Below are positions 17,480-27,145 of a stretch of 64,000 bases of DNA, one piece after another (position 1 is the first letter of the stretch; the number at the start of each line of letters is the position of its first letter). Source of the DNA: a plasmid; the sequence record NZ_CP069398.1. One strand, written 5' to 3'. The notes beneath the pieces are model-generated. The model was given only the letters and a program-made list of their open reading frames with translations. It made no database searches and was not told the DNA's origin. A program made the position numbers and the translations under genes.

Positions 17480-19050
17480 AAAAGCATCACGAAACTAGAC
17501 CAGTAACGAATGTTATTTACTGGAAATTAATTGAAAGGTAGCGATGACAAGTTTTATGTCATATTTTCACGCCCCTTTCTGGCGTAAAGAGTTGGTGACT
17601 GCGTAGTAGCGCATCCACCAATCGCACGAGTTTTCTTGCGGTTAGAACGAGTGCACGTTTGTGTTGATGTTTTGGTACTTCACTGTACTTTTTCACGTAG
17701 TAATCCCGGTAATCCGGAACTTGCCTTCGTACGGAGTTGGCGGCTTCAACTAAGTAATATCGCAAGTAGTGGTTACCGTTACGTGATAGGGACGTGTCTT
17801 CGGCAGTAAAGCGCCCAGACTGATGCTTTCGCCAGTATAGACCTGCGTATTTCGCTACTTTAGTTTCATCATCAAACCGGTCTATTTGGCCAATTTCAGC
17901 TATGATACCTGCAGCGAATACGGGACCAATTCCAGGGATGGATTCAAGCGTGTGTGTCAATCCAGCCATCAGTTTTTTGATCGCTTTATCAATTTCTTTT
18001 ATCTGCTTTTGGAAGGTGCGAATGACCTCGATCGAGGTCCCTAGTATTACATCCATAGAATCTTCCACTACTTTGTCCAAGCGATAAGAAGATCGCACGG
18101 CTTTCTGAATGGAGGTTGCCACACATTTCGGGTCACCAAATCGGTTTTTCCCTTTCTCTTGAAGGAACGCTGCCAGTTCCTCCAGTGGTAGGTGGGCTAG
18201 TTCTTCCAAGCTGTATTTCTCTAAGAAAAGCTCCATCATTGCGTTACCGAAGACTGAGGAGTCTACTTCTTGAGAGAAAGTATTACACTTATAGCTTAGG
18301 TGTTGAAGAAAATGCTGCTTTTCTTTCGTCATCATACGGATGAGCTGGTAACGGGACCGAGTCAGTTGTTGTAAGGCCACGTATTGGCTTTCTTTGACCA
18401 CTGACATTTGGTTACGTCCAAAACGTAAGTAATCCGCAATGACAAAGGCATCGATTTCATCTGTTTTGTTCATATCCGAATAGCTTTTCTTAAAATTAGC
18501 TATTTGTTTAGGGTTCATGACAAACACCTTGGCACCGAAGACTTTTAAGTCTTCATCATGATGGAGAAACATCGACGGGTGAAAGCTATAGACCGATGTA
18601 GATTCTAAGCCAATCTTTAAGACGTCAATCTCTTGATCGTCTATGCAGTGTAATAAACGTTCTTTAAGCAACGTCGCGCCTGGTAAGTCATTGGTGACGG
18701 TAAAGGCGTTCAGCTTTTCTCCTTCACCATTTAAAATGCATACTTTCATATCAAACGAACTTACATCTAAACCAACAAATAATCTCACGGGAGAGACCTC
18801 CTTTCGATTTAGAATCACTTGGCATTTCCTTGGACGTCTCGAGATATCTCTAGTGTGTACGCCGACCAACAACCTCGTGTATCAGAGCTTCCCTGCATTC
18901 GAAAGCCGCCATAGAGCTACTACCCTCTAGGTTCAAATGACAGGCTGCTCAGCCTGCGAGTAGGGAGTCCCGCGCGTTCACTGAGAAACAGTCTTATATT
19001 GTGGTTAATCCACAGGAGAAAGAAGAATTGTCCCAAATGATCCTATGATC
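17480..19050 (-). mobile_element. IS110-family insertion sequence (boundaries approximate)
   Basis: A transposase gene with an approximately 250-bp GC-richer 5' leader. IS110 elements lack terminal inverted repeats, so the ends are inferred only from compositional change. Confidence 0.6.
17559..18788 (-). CDS. IS110-family transposase
   Basis: The N-terminal VGLDVS...KVCIL motif is DEDD-like. The C-terminus IPGIGPVFAAGIIAEIGQIDRFDDETKVAKYAGL matches the Transposase_20 helix-hairpin-helix region. The likely GTG start at 18788 lies 8 nt after AAAGGAGG. Confidence 0.8.
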   Translation of the reverse strand: MRLFVGLDVSSFDMKVCILNGEGEKLNAFTVTNDLPGATLLKERLLHCIDDQEIDVLKIGLESTSVYSFHPSMFLHHDEDLKVFGAKVFVMNPKQIANFKKSYSDMNKTDEIDAFVIADYLRFGRNQMSVVKESQYVALQQLTRSRYQLIRMMTKEKQHFLQHLSYKCNTFSQEVDSSVFGNAMMELFLEKYSLEELAHLPLEELAAFLQEKGKNRFGDPKCVATSIQKAVRSSYRLDKVVEDSMDVILGTSIEVIRTFQKQIKEIDKAIKKLMAGLTHTLESIPGIGPVFAAGIIAEIGQIDRFDDETKVAKYAGLYWRKHQSGRFTAEDTSLSRNGNHYLRYYLVEAANSVRRQVPDYRDYYVKKYSEVPKHQHKRALVLTARKLVRLVDALLRSHQLFTPERGVKI

Positions 19051-19168
19051 ATTATCTAGAAATATCTTGAGACGTCCAAGTAATATGTTGTTTAATTTAT
19101 TCATTAATATGGAAACAGGTCTTAGCTCTTAAATAAGGCTTAAATATAATATACGAGGAGAAAAGGCG

Positions 19169-19750
19169 ATGAAAAATAAAGCAGCACTACTATTTGGAGC
19201 GCTTGCCGTTGTGGTGGCAGGCGTGACCATTTTCAATATCTACCTTAACCACAATATCTCCAACACAACAGCTTCGAAACAAATTCAAGTCACAAATGAC
19301 AGCTTACAAGAAGAAAATAAAGAGTTAAAAAAACAACTAAGTGAAGTTCGCCCTTCTGCCCAAGAACAACAAAAACGAGATTACTTGAATACGGTTCATC
19401 AATTTATCGATGTGTCTTATCATCGTGAAAAAGAAGGGTTTGAGGAACGAAAGAAGGTTGCAAAATCCATCATGGACAAAGAGCTTTATGAGCAATTTTA
19501 TCCTTCTGAAAAGTTCGTATATGGAGATAGTTACACTTCAGTTCCAAACGATGTACAGCTTTATGTACAACAATACGATGGAGGGCAAGAAGAGGTCGAA
19601 GTCATTGCTGAATTTACGAATCATCTTGTCATAAAAGATGAGAATGTCGACGATCAAACGCATGACATTATTAAAGTTTCTCTACGAAAAGAAGAGAATA
19701 AATGGGTGGTTTATAGTATTGAAGAATTGAAAACAGAAATCATGAAATGA
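19169..19750 (+). CDS. membrane-anchored protein, possible VirB8-like T4SS component
   Basis: An N-terminal TM helix is followed by a ~150-aa soluble domain. The gene lies downstream of the hydrolase, where VirB8-like genes sit in Gram-positive (MPF_FA-type) systems. Confidence 0.35.
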   Translation: MKNKAALLFGALAVVVAGVTIFNIYLNHNISNTTASKQIQVTNDSLQEENKELKKQLSEVRPSAQEQQKRDYLNTVHQFIDVSYHREKEGFEERKKVAKSIMDKELYEQFYPSEKFVYGDSYTSVPNDVQLYVQQYDGGQEEVEVIAEFTNHLVIKDENVDDQTHDIIKVSLRKEENKWVVYSIEELKTEIMK

Positions 19751-19751
19751 G

Positions 19752-20648
19752 GTGGAGCAGATGGCATTTAAGAAGCAATTTGAAGATTATCGATTTAATT
19801 TAAATCGCAATCGGTCATGGAAGTATACAGCAATGTTGATCTTTTTCTTTATCGGTTTTTTATCCTTACTGACATCAAAAATCTATTTAAAAACGGAAGA
19901 TCCTTTGTATCATACCAAAACCTATGAGGCAGTTTCTTCTAACATAACAGGAACCGTAACCATTGAGAATCGTGTGTATCATCCGGCTAATGGCTCACTG
20001 GATATGGTCATCAAAATGGATCAAACAGATGAAGAAGAAGTAAGCTTTGTTGCACAAGAAAAAGCGAATCCAAACATCAAATTACCTGTTCATTTATTGT
20101 ATGAAGATGATGGCTATTATGTGGTAAGAATCAGCGATCTATCTCCAAATTGGGAAGCACTTGCCTTTGATCTCTATCAAGAAAATGAAGAAAAAGAAAC
20201 CGTAAACGTAGATGATGTAACGAGTGATTCAGAAACAGATTCAACAGAGGAAATAGATGCTCATGCGTTAATTACAACGCTCTATTCTGACCAACGAAAA
20301 ACGAAAAGTGAAGAAGGAAAAGGAACAAAAACCAAACAAGAATATGCGCTTTTAGTTAATGAGTTAGAAAAAGATTTTGTCAAAAAGAAAATGAAAAACT
20401 ATGAAAAAGCAATCACAGTAGAGGCCAAACATAAGCACCAAACGCAACAAGAAATGAACGAATTACAACGTGATATGAAGTACCAAGTGAATGAGGAAAA
20501 AGCCGATACGGAATCAAAAATTGCAATGAAAAAGGATGCCATTCAGTCGAGTGATGAAAGCATTCAGCTCTATGAAGATGAACAAAAAAGTTTACAAGAA
20601 AAGCTCCAAAAGTTGAATGAAAAGCAACAGGATTTAGCCATGAAGTGA
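19752..20648 (+). CDS. membrane-anchored coiled-coil protein, hypothetical (transfer region)
   Basis: An N-terminal TM helix and an acidic, coiled-coil C-terminus. The start overlaps the previous stop. Confidence 0.4.
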   Translation: MEQMAFKKQFEDYRFNLNRNRSWKYTAMLIFFFIGFLSLLTSKIYLKTEDPLYHTKTYEAVSSNITGTVTIENRVYHPANGSLDMVIKMDQTDEEEVSFVAQEKANPNIKLPVHLLYEDDGYYVVRISDLSPNWEALAFDLYQENEEKETVNVDDVTSDSETDSTEEIDAHALITTLYSDQRKTKSEEGKGTKTKQEYALLVNELEKDFVKKKMKNYEKAITVEAKHKHQTQQEMNELQRDMKYQVNEEKADTESKIAMKKDAIQSSDESIQLYEDEQKSLQEKLQKLNEKQQDLAMK

Positions 20649-20649
20649 A

Positions 20650-20880
20650 AAAACACAGGGGGACGCAAAGGGGACATGGCTCAAAAACAGGGGGACATAA
20701 AGGGGACATCGGGATTTTAAAAGGGGACGTAAAAGGGACGTACACCCAAAAAAAGGGGACGTAAAGGGGACATTAAGCGACTTTCTTTGATATCACGGTT
20801 TTGCTAGGCTCTGCCTAGCCTATCACACCCTGTGATAGCAAAAACCCCTTATGCTCTTCTCTCTTTTATAGTGGGGAACC
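20650..20880. promoter_or_regulatory. candidate oriT / relaxosome assembly region (iteron array plus palindromes)
   Basis: Eight direct copies of GGGGAC(R)T are spaced 11, 21, 11, 21... bp apart over 20655-20775. Next come the palindromes CTAGGCTCTGCCTAG at 20804-20818 and TATCACACCCTGTGATA at 20821-20837. The region lies directly upstream of the RHH accessory gene and the relaxase. Confidence 0.5.
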
Positions 20881-20907
20881 ACAATTTACAGGAAAGGAAC
20901 GAATGTT

Positions 20908-21165
20908 ATGGATATTCTTTTACGAGATATTGATCCAACTGCCGTAAAAAAAATAGATGAGATTGCAAAAGAAAAAAAGATTTCTCGTCAAGAATTCTTA
21001 AAAGGTCAGGTTGAAACGCTGGCTGTTTTTCAAGAACAAAAAGTTCGTGAAGCAGAACTCGAAAATATCATCTATAAAAATATAAAGATGATGGAAAAAT
21101 GTGCAGTGGCAATTGAAACAATCAATGGATTTATTCGAGATATGACGGGGGAAGATGAGGAATGA
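20908..21165 (+). CDS. small relaxosome accessory protein candidate (ribbon-helix-helix-like)
   Basis: An 85-aa basic/acidic protein immediately upstream of, and overlapping, the relaxase gene. Confidence 0.4.
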   Translation: MDILLRDIDPTAVKKIDEIAKEKKISRQEFLKGQVETLAVFQEQKVREAELENIIYKNIKMMEKCAVAIETINGFIRDMTGEDEE

Positions 21166-22358
21166 GTACGCCTTCTGTTATTCCAGGCGTGGTGTTGAAA
21201 ACAAAATTTGTTACATCCGATAAAAAGGCTTTTCAAGATTATGTTGATTATGTAGATCGTGATGATGCGAAAAAAGAACAGGAAGCCCACGAGAAACTAT
21301 TTACTCTTTATCAAGATTATATGGATAACCCTGATAAGGCATCTTCTTTGTTCACCCACCAATCGAATCAATTGAATGACGAGGAGAAAAAGCAATTAAA
21401 AAAGTTGTTTGAAAAAGCGCAGAAAAATAACAGTATTATGTGGCAAGATGTTATCACATTTCATAATCCTTGGCTCCAAGAAAATGGTTTATACGATGCT
21501 GATACTCATACAGTGGATGAGAAAAAATTAATGGATATTACCCGTCAGTCTATGAAGGAAATGCTTAAAAGGGAAAGGTTAAATGAGTCGGCTGTTTGGT
21601 CAGCTGCCATTCACTACAATACGGGAAACATTCATATTCATATTGCGACAGTAGAACCACAACCTACTCGTGAACGAGGCAAAAGAAAGCCTAAAACGTT
21701 GGATGCGATGAAGTCAACAGTCGTGAATCAAATTTTAAATCGAGGTGAGCAGCACCAGAAAATAAATGAGTTAATTCGAAAGGATATGGTCGGAAAAAAG
21801 AAGCAGGATTCTTCATTAAGGTGGAAGAATCGTGACATTCAACCATTGTTTCTACAAATCTATAATCATCTTCCAGAAGATAAAAGGCAGTGGCAATATA
21901 GTTACCGAACATTAAAACCAATGAAGCCATTTATTGATGTGTTGAGTCAAAAATATATTGAAAAGTATCATCGTAATGAGTACCAACAATTACTTGGAAA
22001 ATTAGATAAGGAAGTAGAGGAATTAAAGAAAGCCTATGGAGAAGGAAAGGTTGATGAGAAACGATATAAGGACTATAAGCAAACGAAAATTGATGATCTT
22101 TATAAGCGAATGGGCAATGCTTTCTTAAAAGAAATGAAAGATTATGATAAGCAGCAGCAACAGATTAAAAGAATGATAGAAAGTAAGAAACAATCAAAAC
22201 GTCCTGCAAGTTTTAACCAAAAGGTCTCTATGCATTTTGCATTAAAAAAGATGGAGCGAGCGTTTAAATCAGAATATGAAAGTTGGAAAAACCAACAACA
22301 TTATGAACGATTACAAAAAGAAATTGAACATAATCGTCAGGAAGAGAGGAGTTATTAA
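21162..22358 (+). CDS. MOBP/MobA-type conjugative relaxase
   Basis: Motif III is HYNTGNIHIHIATV, a 3-His HxDxxxxHxH-type. The N-terminal relaxase domain is followed by a Lys/Glu-rich C-terminus. Confidence 0.7.
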   Translation: MSTPSVIPGVVLKTKFVTSDKKAFQDYVDYVDRDDAKKEQEAHEKLFTLYQDYMDNPDKASSLFTHQSNQLNDEEKKQLKKLFEKAQKNNSIMWQDVITFHNPWLQENGLYDADTHTVDEKKLMDITRQSMKEMLKRERLNESAVWSAAIHYNTGNIHIHIATVEPQPTRERGKRKPKTLDAMKSTVVNQILNRGEQHQKINELIRKDMVGKKKQDSSLRWKNRDIQPLFLQIYNHLPEDKRQWQYSYRTLKPMKPFIDVLSQKYIEKYHRNEYQQLLGKLDKEVEELKKAYGEGKVDEKRYKDYKQTKIDDLYKRMGNAFLKEMKDYDKQQQQIKRMIESKKQSKRPASFNQKVSMHFALKKMERAFKSEYESWKNQQHYERLQKEIEHNRQEERSY

Positions 22359-22793
22359 ATGAATAAACAACGTATGAAATTATCACTGGATGAGGAAACA
22401 AAACAATATATTCAAGCGTATATGGAAGAAAATAATATCGGATTTACGGGTGAAGCTATTGCTCAAATTTGTAAGGAACATAAAGTTGCTAAAAGTAATG
22501 AATGGTCGTTGCAATATATTTCGGAAGTGGTCAGCAATAACTTACATCAGGTTTTAAAAGATGAATTAACAAGGATTCGTCTTGGGGCAAATAGTGCTGA
22601 TAAAAACACACAAATTTTAATTGAATACATGAACGGTCTTTTCTTCCATCACGGTTTTGATGGATTAATGACAACCGATTTACAAGAGTTAGATAGCACA
22701 AAGGTTGCGAAGGAAGCTGTTGAGAAGCGTATTGCGAATCAACGTCAAAAACGGATTGATTGGGAAGAGTCCAAAGGGAAACAACCATCTTAA
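22359..22793 (+). CDS. hypothetical protein
   Basis: A 144-aa ORF tightly linked to the relaxase. Confidence 0.4.
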   Translation: MNKQRMKLSLDEETKQYIQAYMEENNIGFTGEAIAQICKEHKVAKSNEWSLQYISEVVSNNLHQVLKDELTRIRLGANSADKNTQILIEYMNGLFFHHGFDGLMTTDLQELDSTKVAKEAVEKRIANQRQKRIDWEESKGKQPS

Positions 22794-22843
22794 TGATGGT
22801 TTTATATAAATATAGATTTTAAAAATTAAAGGAGGAAGCATTC

Positions 22844-23119
22844 ATGTTTTTTAACAAAGATTTAGTGTTAGCTTCGATTAAAGCTGTAGGAGAGGATCAT
22901 GCCATTGTACAGTATCAAGACAAAGAAATAGAGGTGAATTTAAGTCCAGAAGAAGCGAAGGAGTTTCATCAATATGTGGTGCATCAAGAAAATATGTTGG
23001 TGCCAATGAATATTAAAACACAGAAGCTTTTTGTGGATTTAGAGGAACCTTGGTATGAACAAGAATTAGAAGAGCTTAAGGGGATCTCCTATCAAGAAGA
23101 GGGGGATGAAAATGAGTAA
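22844..23119 (+). CDS. hypothetical acidic protein
   Basis: A 91-aa ORF with AAAGGAGGAAG as RBS. Confidence 0.4.
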   Translation: MFFNKDLVLASIKAVGEDHAIVQYQDKEIEVNLSPEEAKEFHQYVVHQENMLVPMNIKTQKLFVDLEEPWYEQELEELKGISYQEEGDENE

Positions 23120-23798
23120 AACGTATGCGAAAAAATCTGTGGAAGATAAGCGTAAAGAGGTTGAAGAGTTAACGAAAGGGATGGAACAAAAAGTAGAGCA
23201 GCATTTTCATTCTGCCGATGAATTAAAAGACTATTTATCTTTTATGGGTAAGTTTTATCAATACTCCATGTCGAACACAGCTCTTATTCAAGAACAATTC
23301 TTTGGTGCTCAAGCTGTTGGCTCATTTAAGTTTTGGAAAGATAAAGGTTTTTCTGTTAATAAAGGGGAGAAAGGCATTAAGATTCTTGTGCCAAATAAAA
23401 CGGTTCCTAAATTTAAAGATGAAAATGGGAAATTAAAGTCCATTAATAAAGCCACTCCTCAAGAAAAGAAGCTAATTAAAGAGGGGAAAAAAGAAGTCAC
23501 TCAAGGCCGACTGTATTTTTCAGTCGGCCATACGTTTGATATTAGCCAGACGAATGCGAAAGCAAGTGATTTACCTAAGATATTCCCAAATCGTTGGTTA
23601 GAAGGCAACGTGGAGGACTACAAGGCGCTTCATAAAGGAATGGAAGCCATTGCCGAAAAGAATGGTATTTCCATCATTGCTCCTAAAGAAGAACTAGGCA
23701 GCGCAAAAGGCGTGTGTTATCCATTAACGAAGGAGGTTGCGTTAAATCCTCGTAACTCTGAACGTCAAAATGTAAAGACGCTTCTTCACGAAATGACT
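23106..23798 (+). CDS. ArdC-like protein (ssDNA-binding N-domain plus zincin metalloprotease), exon 1
   Basis: The ArdC-N-like motif is YQYSMSNTALIQEQ. The exon ends ...LLHEMT immediately before the intron 5' GTGCG at 23799. It ends in phase 0. Confidence 0.65.
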
Positions 23799-26388
23799 GT
23801 GCGTCCATAAGGATGTGTTTGGGATTGCTGTCGTAGCAAACAGCTGATGTGGTCATAACATCATAAGGTCAAAGACTTATTGATATTCTTAAATATCAAG
23901 ACACTCGTGGTGGGAAACCATCAGGGGGACAATAGCATGTCTATAAAGCCACAAGTTACTGGCGTGTTACAGTACGACTGGATGGCAAGACCAAAGTAAT
24001 AGACAAGGATGAAAGCTATACTGCTTAAATGATAGCCAGAGGGGTTATATCGTGGACCATAGTAAACAACACGTGAAATGCTATGCAAGTGGGGATTTCA
24101 ACGGATGCGTCATACGTTGAAATATGACCTCCCACTGACCAACATCGATAAGATGATAAATGGCGAAAGTCACATCCGATACTATTACAAGCTTCCCTGC
24201 ATAATCTAAATGGAGATTGTCTAAGTCAATAAGCCCTTACGGGCTATGTTCATTGGGAACTGAAAAATTGATATGACAACGGAGTCTTCGTACTAGTTTG
24301 AGATAGGGAAAGCCTATCACGCTAACATCAGATAACGCATGTTAGATCATAGCTGTGAAGCTAGGATGGCGAAGGAAGACAGTTAACTGAATCCAATATT
24401 ATAAGAAGAAGGAGCGAGAGGCTCTATGAGAAATCCTCAAGTGGTATTGGACAATCTAACGAGTAAGTCCAAGGATGAAAACTACAAGTATCAAAGAGTT
24501 TACAGAAACTTATACAATCCTGAGTTTTATCTTATGGCATATGATGAAATCTACCCTAACCCTGGTAACATGACTAAAGGGTCAGATAATAAAACAATCT
24601 ATGGCATGAGTATGAAGAGAATTACTAATATTATTGATTCTCTCAAGGACGAAAAGTATCAACCGACTCCAGTAAGAAGAACCTATATCCGCAAAAAACG
24701 TGGTAATGGCAAAAGGCCACTTGGTATTCCATCATTTGATGACAAACTGTTACAAACTGTAGTCAAATATATTCTGGAAAGTATTTATGAAAGTTCGTTC
24801 AGTAACAAATCCCATGGGTATCGGCCAAACAAAAGCTGTCATACGGCTATTAAGCAAATTGCTGACACATTTAATGGAGTAAAGTGGTTTATAGAAGGAG
24901 ACATAAAGGGCTTCTTTGATAACATAGACCATTCTATTTTAATTGATTTACTTCGCAAAAGAATAAAAGATGAAAAGTTCCTAAGGCTTATTTGGAAATT
25001 TCTTAAAGCAGGATATGTAGAGGACTGGAAATATAATAATTCATACAGTGGTGTGCCTCAAGGAGGGATTATTAGTCCTATCTTATCTAATATTTACCTT
25101 AACGAATTAGATAAATTCATCGAAGAATTCCAACATAAATTCAATAAAGGTAAAAATAAGGCACAAAACCTTGACTACAAAAAACTGCACGCAAAAAGTA
25201 TGCGTCTTAAAAAGAAATTAAAGGACAAAGTCGCTAAAGGAACTCTCAAAGAAGGCGAACGTGAAGAAATTATTGGTTATATCAAAGAAGCGAATAGTAG
25301 AAAAATGAAATTACCTTCAAAAGATCCTATGGATCAAAACTACAGAAGACTGAAATACGTCCGGTATGCGGACGATTGGCTAATTGGCATTATTGGCAGT
25401 AAGGAAGATGCGGTCAGAATCAAAAAAGAACTAACTGAGTTTATCAGGAACAAATTGAAACTTGAACTTTCACAAGAAAAGACACTTATTACAAACGGTA
25501 GGAAGTTTGCTAGATTTCTAGGCTATGACATTGCCATCAGCAGAAATCAACAACCAAAACCGACTTCAAGAACTGCAGGGGAACAAATGAAGGTTCTTTC
25601 ACGTTCTAACTCTGGAACAGTCTCCATTTACATGCCAAAAGAGGCTTGGGTTAGTAAACTTATAGAATATAGGGCTATAAAAATGGAGGGAGCTAACTGG
25701 AAACCAATGCATCGTAGGGTACTGGTCAATAACGATGATTTGGAGATTCTCACTCGTTATAACGCTGAAATTAGGGGCATGTACAACTATTATAGGCTAG
25801 CACTAAATGTAAGTGGACTCAACAAGTTTAAATATTTTATGGAATACAGTTTATACAAAACCTTTGCCAATAAATATAAAACATCTATAAGCAAAATAAA
25901 AAATAAATACTGCATTAACGGAGTCTTTGCGGTTAGATACAAAACGAAGAAGGATCATAGAACTCAATACTTGTATAATGATGGATTTAAACGAAATAAT
26001 TCTATAAAGACAGACCACATTAACACAGACCTGCCTATCAGTAAATTTGACTTTGGTAGAACTAGTCTCATTTCAAGGCTAAAGGCGGAACGATGTGAAT
26101 GGTGCCATAAAGAAAATGTTGAATTAGAAATTCATCATGTAAGAAAATTGAAGGACTTGAAAGGTAAAAAGCTATGGGAAAAAGCAATGATAGCCAGAAA
26201 CCGCAAGACAATAGCACTTTGTGCTTTAGGAAAAGGGAATGACTGTCATCGCAAACTCCATGCTGGACTGTTAGATTGAAGTAAGTTAATGGCGAGCCGT
26301 ATACATGGAGACGTGTACGTACGGTTCTGGGGGGGATGCTTGGGAACCTACCATAGTAATATGGCAAGGCACTGGGTATCTACCCTAC
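23799..26388 (+). mobile_element. group II intron (bacterial, ORF-containing)
   Basis: The 5' end is GTGCG. Domain V, GAGCCGTATACATGGAGACGTGTACGTACGGTTC at ~26294-26327, is a near-perfect match to the group II catalytic-hairpin consensus. An RT/maturase ORF lies in domain IV. Splicing at 23798/26389 restores an in-frame HEMTHAKLH (HExxHxxxH). Confidence 0.8.
24426..26279 (+). CDS. group II intron-encoded reverse transcriptase/maturase with C-terminal HNH endonuclease
   Basis: RT motifs are present, including YADD (VRYADDWLIG). The C-terminus has the maturase X domain and an HNH/Zn endonuclease-like CEWCH...HH...C...C..H region. Confidence 0.9.
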   Translation: MRNPQVVLDNLTSKSKDENYKYQRVYRNLYNPEFYLMAYDEIYPNPGNMTKGSDNKTIYGMSMKRITNIIDSLKDEKYQPTPVRRTYIRKKRGNGKRPLGIPSFDDKLLQTVVKYILESIYESSFSNKSHGYRPNKSCHTAIKQIADTFNGVKWFIEGDIKGFFDNIDHSILIDLLRKRIKDEKFLRLIWKFLKAGYVEDWKYNNSYSGVPQGGIISPILSNIYLNELDKFIEEFQHKFNKGKNKAQNLDYKKLHAKSMRLKKKLKDKVAKGTLKEGEREEIIGYIKEANSRKMKLPSKDPMDQNYRRLKYVRYADDWLIGIIGSKEDAVRIKKELTEFIRNKLKLELSQEKTLITNGRKFARFLGYDIAISRNQQPKPTSRTAGEQMKVLSRSNSGTVSIYMPKEAWVSKLIEYRAIKMEGANWKPMHRRVLVNNDDLEILTRYNAEIRGMYNYYRLALNVSGLNKFKYFMEYSLYKTFANKYKTSISKIKNKYCINGVFAVRYKTKKDHRTQYLYNDGFKRNNSIKTDHINTDLPISKFDFGRTSLISRLKAERCEWCHKENVELEIHHVRKLKDLKGKKLWEKAMIARNRKTIALCALGKGNDCHRKLHAGLLD

Positions 26389-27054
26389 CATGCCAAGTTG
26401 CATACGACTGAATCACGAGCAAACTATACGGATGCGGAAAGAGAATTTCAGGCGGAGATGACAGCCTATACGGTTTCGTCTTATTTTGGCATTGATACGA
26501 GTGAATATTCTCTAGGGTACTTGTCACACTGGACGAAAGGAAAGAGCTTTGAAGATAAAACCAAGCTTTTAAAAGAAGTACATGAAACGTCCGTTGGCTT
26601 TATTGAAACAATAGAAGAAACGTTGGTAAAAGAACGAGAAAAAAACCAGTCACCAGAAAAAAACGATGAAAAACAGCAGCAAGCAGATCCTCTTTCTTCT
26701 CAAAACGTGCATGAGAAAATGAAAGAAGGTTATGAGAACTATAAGCAAAAGCAGCAACAGGAATCGTCACAAAATGTAGATAGTATTTTAGATCGTGTCA
26801 CGGCTGAAGAGAAATATTATTCAACCAAAACACAAGCGATCAAAAATGGATGGATGACAAAAGAAGAAGTCGTGAAACTTGAACATCAGATCGATTCGAA
26901 CGTCACTAAAAACGAGAAGGGAGTCATCAATGGTCAAGTTCAGGAACAATCTCTTACTTTTCAAGAACGTGTTGAAGTGGGTAATCACATGCAATTCCAA
27001 AAACGTACAGGCACCGTCAAAAAGAAAAAAGAAGAACAGGAACTCGAAAGGTAA
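26389..27054 (+). CDS. ArdC-like protein, exon 2 (metalloprotease domain and C-terminal tail)
   Basis: It begins HAKLHTTESRANYTDAEREFQAEMTAYTVSSYFGID. This matches the ArdC-C zincin pattern HExxHxxxH...E....AE. The METCTY start given in the ORF track lies inside intron domains V/VI and is an artefact. Confidence 0.65.
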   Translation, partial: HAKLHTTESRANYTDAEREFQAEMTAYTVSSYFGIDTSEYSLGYLSHWTKGKSFEDKTKLLKEVHETSVGFIETIEETLVKEREKNQSPEKNDEKQQQADPLSSQNVHEKMKEGYENYKQKQQQESSQNVDSILDRVTAEEKYYSTKTQAIKNGWMTKEEVVKLEHQIDSNVTKNEKGVINGQVQEQSLTFQERVEVGNHMQFQKRTGTVKKKKEEQELER

Positions 27055-27145
27055 AGTATAGCAAGAGTATTTGACGGCACATCAGATAAATATTGTGCAA
27101 ACAAAGAATAGCAAAAAGACGATGCCAATCACCGTCTCAATAGAA

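Noticed and set aside
17902-18930. Plus-strand ORFs (61, 75 and 95 aa) overlapping the IS110 transposase
   Set aside because: They are antisense to a well-supported transposase gene, have odd composition and lack an RBS.
20655-20775. Iteron array considered as a CRISPR array
   Set aside because: The repeat units are only about 10 bp with 1-11 bp gaps. There are no 25-40 bp spacers and no cas genes.
26305-26388. Track ORF start METCTYGSGGDAW... for the 249-aa ORF
   Set aside because: The ATG lies inside group II intron domain V. The real coding sequence is exon 2 from 26389, which restores the HExxHxxxH motif.
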